DNA of 64,000 nucleotides from the IMG/VR virus record IMGVR_UViG_3300034356_001232, positions 7,255-71,254 of that record, one strand, 5' to 3'. A program made the position numbers and the translations under genes. The DNA comes from a virus. The stretch's first letter is position 1, and each line of letters begins with the position of its first letter. A model generated the notes under the pieces. It was not told the origin of the DNA. It did no database searches and saw only the letters and a list, made by a program, of their open reading frames with translations. Positions 19,585 to 28,200 of this stretch are shown one piece after another.

Positions 19585-20031
19585 ATGAAAGATATCATTC
19601 TAAAAACAGGTACATACACAAACGCTGTAACTAACAAGCAAATCCAATCTGGCGCCATCCCAGGTGCTTCTTTGGAAAAGTTTGTTACTACTCTACTGAA
19701 GAACCCTACATGTTGCGCTAAATACGTAACTTTAACTAAAGGAACAGTAACGCAATCAGGCAGTATTACTAGTGCAGTTACATTGAACCAGCCTGCTGGT
19801 GAGATTACTACTGTAAGTGCTACTATCAGTGCAGGCGCAATGTCTTCTTTTACTCTTAACAATACTTATATCAAAGCTGATTCTGTTATTGTAGCTACAG
19901 TTAACGATACTACTGGTACTGGTCTATTGGCCGTACAAGTTGATGGTATTGTTGCTGGTTCTTGCACAGTATCTCTTGGAGGTGTTGTTGCAAATACCGG
20001 AGTTGTAATCGTTGGATTTGCAATTTTCTAA
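19585..20031 (+). CDS. Small beta-rich structural/decoration protein
   Basis: VTQSGSITSAVTLNQPAGEITT...FTLNNTYI pattern, T/S/G-rich. Confidence 0.65.
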   Translation: MKDIILKTGTYTNAVTNKQIQSGAIPGASLEKFVTTLLKNPTCCAKYVTLTKGTVTQSGSITSAVTLNQPAGEITTVSATISAGAMSSFTLNNTYIKADSVIVATVNDTTGTGLLAVQVDGIVAGSCTVSLGGVVANTGVVIVGFAIF

Positions 20032-20043
20032 TTAATTCTTTAT

Positions 20044-20071
20044 GGGGAGGATAACTCCTCCCCTTATTTTT
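20044..20071 (+). terminator. Intrinsic terminator
   Basis: GGGGAGGA-TAAC-TCCTCCCC-TTATTTTT. Confidence 0.75.
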
Positions 20072-20076
20072 AAATT

Positions 20077-20583
20077 ATGCCAAACGTAAAATTAAACCTC
20101 GAAATATACAAAGCCAAAGACTGTGCTTTTATCTCAGTCTTAGATACATCTTTCTATCCAGTAGCCCCGGATAGTGCTGAACTAACCGTTAGTGTTCCTG
20201 GCTATGATACTGGATTTGTATTCGTTTTTAATTTAGGAGAAATCAATATCTTGAATGGTTACACATTTGGATTTGTATCTTCTGAAGTAGATGCTGGAGA
20301 TTTGCCTGATGGGGTTTATAATTTTGAGTTGGCTACATGCCCTGATCTAGGCATTAATAGCAGGTTTCATTTGAGAACTTGTAAAATAGATTGCCGTCTT
20401 GCAGCACAGTGGGTTAAGTACCTAGATTGCTGTGACGATGATAAGATGTTATACTACTTAGACAGAGTAGATTTTTTACTCAGAGGAGCAGAAGCCCAGG
20501 CGGATTTGTGTCATCCTGAGAAAGCTGCTGAACTTTACATAAAAGCCGATGACCTACTCAGAAGAATTGAACTTGACTGTTAA
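20077..20583 (+). CDS. Putative tail hub/structural protein
   Basis: LPDGVY motif and Cys-rich helical C-terminus. Tail module context. Confidence 0.6.
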   Translation: MPNVKLNLEIYKAKDCAFISVLDTSFYPVAPDSAELTVSVPGYDTGFVFVFNLGEINILNGYTFGFVSSEVDAGDLPDGVYNFELATCPDLGINSRFHLRTCKIDCRLAAQWVKYLDCCDDDKMLYYLDRVDFLLRGAEAQADLCHPEKAAELYIKADDLLRRIELDC

Positions 20584-20737
20584 GAAAAAACTTGCACATG
20601 CTGCTTACAAAGAGTTGCAGCATATCAAGTACTTAACAAAACCATACCATAAAAAATCAAGGAAGTATGCTAGCTTCTTAAAGTACCAACACTGCCTTGA
20701 TTGCTACAATACATTAACTTTTAAAAACAAACACTAA
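20549..20737 (+). CDS. Small basic protein with CxxC
   Basis: 62-aa ORF filling the gap up to the next start at 20739. Confidence 0.5.
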   Translation: MTYSEELNLTVKKKLAHAAYKELQHIKYLTKPYHKKSRKYASFLKYQHCLDCYNTLTFKNKH

Positions 20738-20738
20738 A

Positions 20739-21287
20739 ATGGCTAAATGTTGTCAAACTAATAATTGTGTGGAGATAGAACCTTCTGGTTGTGTCAAATA
20801 CACTGGTACGCCTACAGCTAACGGGCTTATCGATAAGCAGGATTATTGCGATCCTTACCTAAACGATATTATTAAGTTGTTTGATGACAACTTGACTTTA
20901 TTGGATACAAGGGTCGGACTTACTAAAACAACTTTGGATAACGCCAACACAGCATGTGGTACAGTTCCTTTGATGGACTTGACCTCTGTGACTGTTAAGG
21001 ATGAAAAGTATTATTCAGCAGAAGTTGTTCTTAAGTTGGTTGGCGTTATTTGCGAATTGCGTTCTCGTTTGAACTTCCTTGTAAACGGAAACGTTAACAC
21101 TAACCAAGGAAATTTACAGTGGGAAGATCTTCCTTTAAGCCAAGAATTTAAAGACTGGATTAGAGAGAACGGCTACTACACTTGCATTGGTATGGATCCT
21201 TGTGATGGTACTAAGGAAGTAGATACTTTGGGTAAATTGCTTCAGGCAATTATTGCTAAACTTTGTGATTGTTGCACTATTCAATAA
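20739..21287 (+). CDS. Cys-rich structural protein (fibre-associated)
   Basis: N-terminal C..C.E...GCVKYTG motif shared with 21296. Confidence 0.65.
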   Translation: MAKCCQTNNCVEIEPSGCVKYTGTPTANGLIDKQDYCDPYLNDIIKLFDDNLTLLDTRVGLTKTTLDNANTACGTVPLMDLTSVTVKDEKYYSAEVVLKLVGVICELRSRLNFLVNGNVNTNQGNLQWEDLPLSQEFKDWIRENGYYTCIGMDPCDGTKEVDTLGKLLQAIIAKLCDCCTIQ

Positions 21288-21295
21288 ACTAAGAA

Positions 21296-23224
21296 ATGGG
21301 ACATTGCGTTGATTGTTACGGAACCAGTACTATAGCACCGTGTGCTGAGGTTGGTTGTTTATCTACAAACTATGGTAAGTGTATTACTTACTCTGGTTTA
21401 GATTTATATTGCTCTTTAGGAGCTGTTGGGACTCTTACTTCTGCGGGTACTGCGGTTGTACCAGGAACTACTACTGTGTATACTCTAGGAGGAACTAACT
21501 TAAGTGGTACTGGAACAGGTGCTACTTTCGAAGTAACTCGTACAGTAGGGTCAGATGTTTACACAGTAAAAATTGCTAACAGAGGTTCTGGATATGCTGT
21601 AGGAAACCAAGTAAAAATTCTTGGTACTTCTTTAGGTGGAGCTACTACGGCAAATGACTTGGTAATTACTATTGCTACTTTGAATGCAGTAATTCCTACA
21701 GGAGCTACTCTAGATTCAATTATAGGCACTTTTCACAATGCTTTGTGTTCTGCTGTACTTACCGGTGGTATTGACTATTCGTCTTTAAACTATTCTCTCC
21801 TTCGTCAAGGAGGCATAATGACTGGAATTGGTCCAGTAATTACTACAGAGTCTCAGTTTGTAACTTCTGCCGCTGCTGCGTTATCTAGCTTAAATACTAC
21901 TTTAACTGCATACGATACTACAGTTAACATCAGTGCATTTACAAACGTAGGTTCTTTGCCTGGTGTAACTTCTCCGTATAACCTTAACGAAGTATTGGGT
22001 GGAGTTGCTACAAACCTTGTTAACCTAGCTGCACAACAAAACTATGCATCAATTACTGCTAACCCTTGTATAGCTTACGCATTCACAACTAAGCCATCTA
22101 CTAGTGTAATTTCAGATTATTTCAACTGGATCACTACTAACATGTGTGGCATGTTTGGAAGCTTAACTACAAGTATTGGTACTGTAACTACAAATGCAAA
22201 TAACTTAAAGACTTACATCTCTGGTGGTAGTGCAGTTCCTGCAAATGTAAATACATCTACTCTTCCTGGAGGTTCTGGATCAAGTACAGCATCTGTAGCA
22301 ATTAACTTATTAGTTTCTCAGGTTGCTGCTTTGAATGCAACTACAGCTACAATCCCAGCATCTACTTACGCAGTTACATGGGCATCTTGTTTTGGAGGTA
22401 GTTACCCAAGTAACTCTGTGTTCAAAACACAAAGTTGGAACTACACCAACACCGCTGCCTCTATCCAAGTTCAGTTTGATAGAATTGTATCTGTACTTTC
22501 TACCTTAAATATTAAGTTTGATGCAACTCACTTCACTGTTACTACAGGTTCTTGCGGACCAACTATTGCACTAGCTTCAGCTTTTGCTTTCAGTCCTGCA
22601 AGTTTGAATGCTGCTACTCTAAATGATTTAGGAGACGTTAACTCTGCAACTCCAACTACTAACCATTTCTTAGTAAGAGATACTAGTGGTCAGTGGGTAA
22701 ACAAATCAGTAAGTGTGACTATCAACGGTTCTGCTACAGGTGTTACTAAGACAGACGGAGCTGGCGTAGGCGGTGCAGTAAACTTTGATTTAACTATTGA
22801 AAACACTGCTCCAGTAACTTATGCTCTTACTGGTAACAGTACTGCCGAGTACTCTGTATCAAATGCAGTACGATTCCCTCTTGGAAGTCAACCTGTTCCT
22901 TACGGAGTTAAGCATGGTAGTATGGTAACTTTGCACGGAGTATTCCAACTTACTATGTTGGGTGCATTCAGCTGGACTCACCTAGGTACTAAGGTTATTG
23001 CTTCTTTACCAGCAGCAATTCGTCCTACAAACCCAACTTACTTTACAGCAGAATTATACATCAAAGCTGCAGGAACATATTCAATGACCAATACAAGAGC
23101 TACTGGTCAGATTGATTCTGCCGGAAACTTAACTTTAATTCTAATGAACAGTGCAGGTAGTATCTCCCTTACTGCTACAGATTTAATTGAGGTAGTAATT
23201 GGAGGATTTACCTACGTGATATAA
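21296..23224 (+). CDS. Tail fibre protein
   Basis: T/S/A/G-rich, fibre repeat LNDLGDV...P...L...GQWVN, C-terminal IASLPAAIRP beta domain. Confidence 0.75.
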   Translation: MGHCVDCYGTSTIAPCAEVGCLSTNYGKCITYSGLDLYCSLGAVGTLTSAGTAVVPGTTTVYTLGGTNLSGTGTGATFEVTRTVGSDVYTVKIANRGSGYAVGNQVKILGTSLGGATTANDLVITIATLNAVIPTGATLDSIIGTFHNALCSAVLTGGIDYSSLNYSLLRQGGIMTGIGPVITTESQFVTSAAAALSSLNTTLTAYDTTVNISAFTNVGSLPGVTSPYNLNEVLGGVATNLVNLAAQQNYASITANPCIAYAFTTKPSTSVISDYFNWITTNMCGMFGSLTTSIGTVTTNANNLKTYISGGSAVPANVNTSTLPGGSGSSTASVAINLLVSQVAALNATTATIPASTYAVTWASCFGGSYPSNSVFKTQSWNYTNTAASIQVQFDRIVSVLSTLNIKFDATHFTVTTGSCGPTIALASAFAFSPASLNAATLNDLGDVNSATPTTNHFLVRDTSGQWVNKSVSVTINGSATGVTKTDGAGVGGAVNFDLTIENTAPVTYALTGNSTAEYSVSNAVRFPLGSQPVPYGVKHGSMVTLHGVFQLTMLGAFSWTHLGTKVIASLPAAIRPTNPTYFTAELYIKAAGTYSMTNTRATGQIDSAGNLTLILMNSAGSISLTATDLIEVVIGGFTYVI

Positions 23225-23270
23225 GATATTGGCAGGATTTTTTGGTTGGTTACCCCTGTCTATTACTGGA

Positions 23271-23294
23271 AAGAGCCTAGGAAACTAGGCTCTT
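23271..23294 (+). terminator. Hairpin terminator after tail fibre
   Basis: AAGAGCCTAG-GAAA-CTAGGCTCTT, a perfect 10-bp stem with a GNRA loop. Confidence 0.7.
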
Positions 23295-23310
23295 CTGGTT
23301 TAAAGTAAAA

Positions 23311-23341
23311 CTTGATTAAAAATGAAATTTAATTATATTTG
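23311..23341 (+). promoter_or_regulatory. Promoter CTTG-N19-TATATTTG
   Basis: CTTG 23311-23314, TATATTTG 23334-23341. Confidence 0.75.
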
Positions 23342-23355
23342 TAATAAGGAGTGTT

Positions 23356-23997
23356 ATGTTGACAAATAATGATTTAATCGCTAGAGTTAAAAACGCTAAC
23401 AAGTTTGTTAATAGCGATGACTTGATTAGTGATCGTTTTATTTACAATATGCTCAAAAGCAAAGCTTCTGTCTTGATTAAGCGGGAGATAAACTTAAAGA
23501 AGTTATTGTTCTCTGACAACCTCTACCAAGCATACGAGTGTATTTGTTTAATACCAGCACCTGGTGCTGAGTGTGACTTAGGATGCCCTATCCGTAGAAC
23601 TAAGAAAAAACTTCCTCAAATTGAAGAAGGACTTTACTCTTACTTTATCCAAGGTGTATTCAATACCTCTAACTCTGAAGAACTATTCCCAACAACTATA
23701 CGTGACTTTATTAACCACACACGTTTGAGGATTAAGACTAACCGTAAGTATTATACCATTCGTAATGGTTATCTCTATGTTCTAGATCCTGATGTTGAGT
23801 CTGTAAACATGTACGCTTACTTTACTGAGTCTATTGAAGACGCAGATGGTTCTCAGTGTATGAGTATGTATGATAAGCAATTCAAGATTGCTCCTTACCT
23901 AGTGGATTCTTTAATCCAAATGGTTAATCAGGACTTAATTAATTATCATAAAATACCTGTAGAGCAAGAAAGTAATAATAGAGATGAGCAGACTTAA
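23356..23997 (+). CDS. Putative tail ring protein
   Basis: DDLISDRFIY, RTKKKLP, Y.IRNGYLY motifs typical of crAss ring proteins. Confidence 0.65.
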   Translation: MLTNNDLIARVKNANKFVNSDDLISDRFIYNMLKSKASVLIKREINLKKLLFSDNLYQAYECICLIPAPGAECDLGCPIRRTKKKLPQIEEGLYSYFIQGVFNTSNSEELFPTTIRDFINHTRLRIKTNRKYYTIRNGYLYVLDPDVESVNMYAYFTESIEDADGSQCMSMYDKQFKIAPYLVDSLIQMVNQDLINYHKIPVEQESNNRDEQT

Positions 23998-23999
23998 TT

Positions 24000-24449
24000 A
24001 TGGAAGTTAAGGAAGTAAAGAAAAGAAACACAATATCCTCTGATGTAAACAATTCTACTAGGGCAGCCCATAGAAAGTTTATTAAGGAAACCGGACGTTC
24101 TGACATTAGCTATGAAATTTTTAGTGATGTGATTGAAGTAATGCATGAAAAGATGTTTGAGAAAATTCAACAAGGCATTTACTCCATCAAGATTCCTAAG
24201 ATGGGAGTAATAAAATTACTCAGAGTGCATGGATTAGGCGGATTACACACAAAGATTGATTGGGGTAGATACAATGCTCAGAAAATTTGGGCACCACATA
24301 GAAATAACCATTCCGATGGTTTAATCTATAAAGTGCATACTTATTTCTACGAAAAAAAATATCCAACGCTAAGTTTCTTCAAGTTTAAATTATCCCAGAA
24401 ACACAGAAGGCACCTAGCTCAACTTATAAAAAATAACGAACTACAATAA
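24000..24449 (+). CDS. IHF/HU-like protein
   Basis: IKIPKMGVIKL, IDW, F.FKLSQKHRR.LAQ.IK. Sits before the tail tubular gene as in crAss-like phages. Confidence 0.65.
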   Translation: MEVKEVKKRNTISSDVNNSTRAAHRKFIKETGRSDISYEIFSDVIEVMHEKMFEKIQQGIYSIKIPKMGVIKLLRVHGLGGLHTKIDWGRYNAQKIWAPHRNNHSDGLIYKVHTYFYEKKYPTLSFFKFKLSQKHRRHLAQLIKNNELQ

Positions 24450-25285
24450 TGAAGTACGAAAATATAAACTTCATATCATCGGAACCTTTGGTTGCCGAGG
24501 TAAAGCAGGAACTGAAGCATTATTTTGAGGCAGGTGCTATTAGTGAGGTTTTGATTCCTACTTTCATAGACCAGTCTTTGCGTAAGCTTAAGGTTATGGT
24601 TCTCCAACCGGAGGATATCATCTGCCACTTTGTTAACTACAAGTCAGAGCTTCCGTGCGATTTTGCACTTTTGGATAGGGCTGCATTGTACGACTCTCAC
24701 ATAGAGTTTAACTCAGGTATCACTACTATGAAAGGCTACTACTACCAGTCAAGTGATTGCACTTTTAGTGGCGAGTGTTGCAGTGGTAAGACCGAATACT
24801 TTGAGCAGATATTCACAAGTGCTCCCGGCTTTAGGATTAGCATGAAACTTCCAAAACCTGTTCGTATTTATCACGGGTCAAAAGCTTTATGCACTGAAGA
24901 GTGTACAGGTCTGTATGCTCCAGGGCCAGACATTATTCAAATCCACGACAACAGAACTCTTTCTGCTTCTTTTGAAACAGGCTGTATTTATGTAAGATAC
25001 TTTTCTAGACCTAGTGATGATGACGGTATTCCAAAAGTACCTGAAATCCTAGAGGTGGAAGAATACATCAAGTCTTATCTTAAGTTTAAATTCTTTGAAA
25101 TGCTATGGCATTCTCAGTTAGACGAGTCTGCTGCACAGATTGAACGTAAGTTTCAATACTATAAGCAAGATCAATTGGGTAAGTTACAGGCAGCGTTTAG
25201 CTACTTGTTGACCAAGACCAAACAGCAGAGTGCAGATAGCGTTGTTAAGGCACGTAATAAGTTTAGCAAATTTCACATCATTTAA
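24449..25285 (+). CDS. Tail tubular (P22 gp4-like) ring protein
   Basis: ELPCDF, SFETG.I..RY, DDDGIP.VP, YIK.Y motifs. Between the IHF-like and stabilization genes. Confidence 0.75.
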   Translation: MKYENINFISSEPLVAEVKQELKHYFEAGAISEVLIPTFIDQSLRKLKVMVLQPEDIICHFVNYKSELPCDFALLDRAALYDSHIEFNSGITTMKGYYYQSSDCTFSGECCSGKTEYFEQIFTSAPGFRISMKLPKPVRIYHGSKALCTEECTGLYAPGPDIIQIHDNRTLSASFETGCIYVRYFSRPSDDDGIPKVPEILEVEEYIKSYLKFKFFEMLWHSQLDESAAQIERKFQYYKQDQLGKLQAAFSYLLTKTKQQSADSVVKARNKFSKFHII

Positions 25286-28200
25286 TGGAAAACAAAGTAA
25301 ATCAGAATATCATTGGGCTTAATCTAGACTCTATTAACTGGCAGGTTAAGGAGAATCAGATTACGTGGGCGTTGAATGCTAACGTCCAGTCTCATGATGG
25401 CAATTCTATTACTTATACAAATGAACCTGGTAATACCGAGTGTTATACTTTTGACACAGGAAACTTAGCAGGATTTGTAGTTGTTGGATTTTTAAATATT
25501 GTTGAGCAATCTAAGGTTGTTTTGTTCCTAAGTCATCCTGACGGAAGATCTCGTATAGGTTCAATTACTTCTATCAATGATTCTTGCTTAGACATAGAAA
25601 TAACTGAGAAAGATTGTGGCTGTAAAGAAGGTACAATTATTCAAGAAGCAACTGTTGTAGAAAGTTTACCTGAGCCGGTAACTACATTAGTTTGTCCAGA
25701 GGGATTTACATTTAACCCAGACACACTTCAGTGCGAACAACTATCTTACACAGTAATTAATGAGAATGGAATTACCTACAATGCCATAGAAAGTTGTGTA
25801 AACGGTAGTCCTTGTGGAGTAGTATCTACTCATGGTTGTCTATTACCTAAAGTGTATGCAAGCAACTGGACTACATTAACACCTCCTGACTATGCTTCAA
25901 TAGCAACTGAACTTACACAACAGTTTTGGATTCCTAACGATACTTTGCCTCCAGATCCTATCTTCAATAACAGTACATATGTTAAGACCATTGCTGTACA
26001 GGCTGATTTAGATCCTACAAACGTTTCTTGCAGAACTTGTCACACAATACCTACTACTAGCGTAATACCTTCTGGTTGGATTGGATTTGCAGAAACTGTC
26101 TGTATCACACAAACAAAAGAATATTTCTTAGCGGTTAGTGCGGACGATTCTCTTCGAGTTTTTATCGATGGAGTAATTGTCTTGGACATTGACGCTAACG
26201 ACCCTACTAAAAGATTATACAATGCTGCACCACCACTTGGAGGAGACAACGGGTCTACTATGTGGTCAAGGCTTAATATCTTCCCGATTACCATTACTTC
26301 AGGAAGTCACGTATTTAGATTTGAGTACAAGAATACCGCAGGTATAGGAATGTTTGCCTACGAGCTGTATGACATGACTCTTGCTGAGTTGTTGTCAGTT
26401 AGTAGTGAAGTAAACCTAAGATCTAAGATAGTATTAAGTAACGGCAAACAAATCAGTTCAAAACCTAAACGCCCTATAAGTGCTGGAGGAGAAGGAGCTG
26501 CTTTCATAGAACTAACTAATGCTTGTCCTGATGGTTATGAACTTGTAGTAGATGAGAACTGTGCGCCTATCTGTAGAGCTATTCTGGAAACAGAAAGAAT
26601 AGCAGTATCAGGTATTGCTACTTGTTGTAAGTACGAAGACATTATTGTTGACGATTGTTTAGACGAATGTCCTAATAGTTGTGTTGAGTACGTACTCGAT
26701 TATGTTGCTGATGCGGTTTATTCTAATCCAGCAATTACGGACCCACAGGCTAGCATTCCTAAATACTTCAGATACATTGACTGTGACGGTAACCCAGTTA
26801 CAGATAGTATCTTAACTACCTCTAAGAGATTTACAGCGAGAAGAGGTACTTTGGAACTAGACAGTATCTACTTGGCAATTGTACAAGAGAGTTCAGTTCC
26901 AGATTCTACAACTGGAACTTTTGCTAAAACCAACTGCTGTTTAAATTTTGATCCTGCTTTCCCAGTAAATGCAGAGTATCGCATAGATGACTGTGAAACC
27001 AAAGTTTATTATATTAGTCGGAATAATCCACCTCGCTATTTTTCTACACTGTATCCTTATGGAAAAGACTCCTGTGGGAACAATCGTTCTTGCATTAAAG
27101 AAAGCTGCGAAGATTCTAAGTTGTTTCCTGATTTCTGCATTCCAGAAACTCACATAACAGCTGTTACAAGCGGAGGTCAGTTGGCTGCCGGTATGTATTC
27201 TTTTGCCGTAGCATACGCTGACGAGGGAGGAATCGAGCTAACAGACTACTCAGACTTAACTAATGGTATTCCAATCTTTGAAAGAGCAATTAGTGAGCAG
27301 ACAGAATACGTTACTGCTAAGTCTATCAACGTACAGATTAATCACAAGACTCGTATATTTGAGTACTTCAATCTGATTGTAGCTGAGAACATCAATACTA
27401 CAACTACCTACCACTTAGTAGGTACTTTCCGAGTTAATCAATACACAGACCAAGATAGCGTTATCTACACAGGAGATTACAAGTCAACCTTCTCGTCTAT
27501 TGTTCCTTTGATTCGTAGTCCTCATTATGAAACTGCAAATATTATCGAGAAGCAGAATGATATCTTGATGCTTGCAGACCTTGAGGAGTATCCTAAGTTT
27601 AACTTCCAACCGTTTGCCTCTAGGATTAAATTACTTTGGGAAACTGTTGAGATGCCTGCCGATGGACAATTTGATTACAGTAATCCTGAGATATCTTACT
27701 TCTTCCGCACATACCAACGTGATGAGGTTTATCCTTTTGGAATCAAGTTCCGTCTAAAGAATGGTAAGTACACAGATGTATTCCATATCCCCGGACGACT
27801 TGTTACCGGCAATGACCTAGATGTAGAATACTCAGCAACTAACAAAGATGTTTTTGTTGGAGAAACTGATTGTACTATCCCTACTGAATTACCTAGGTGG
27901 AAAGTATACAACACAGCCGGCATCGGGTCTAGCGTACCTTTAGATCCAGCACAAGCTACTGATGTTGAAAAACAATACAGTTGTGCTATCACAGTAAAGC
28001 ATCGTGGAGAATTTGCATATTGGGAATCTACCGAGACCTATCCTTGTTACGATGAGGTATGGGGACAGTCAAAGAATCCTAACGCACCCTACTACGATCC
28101 AGAGGCTTTGGGTGGTAAACCTATTCGTCACCACAAGTTCCCTGACTCTGCCGTTACCCACATCCACGATAATAAGATTGCTAGTGGAGGACAGTTCTCA

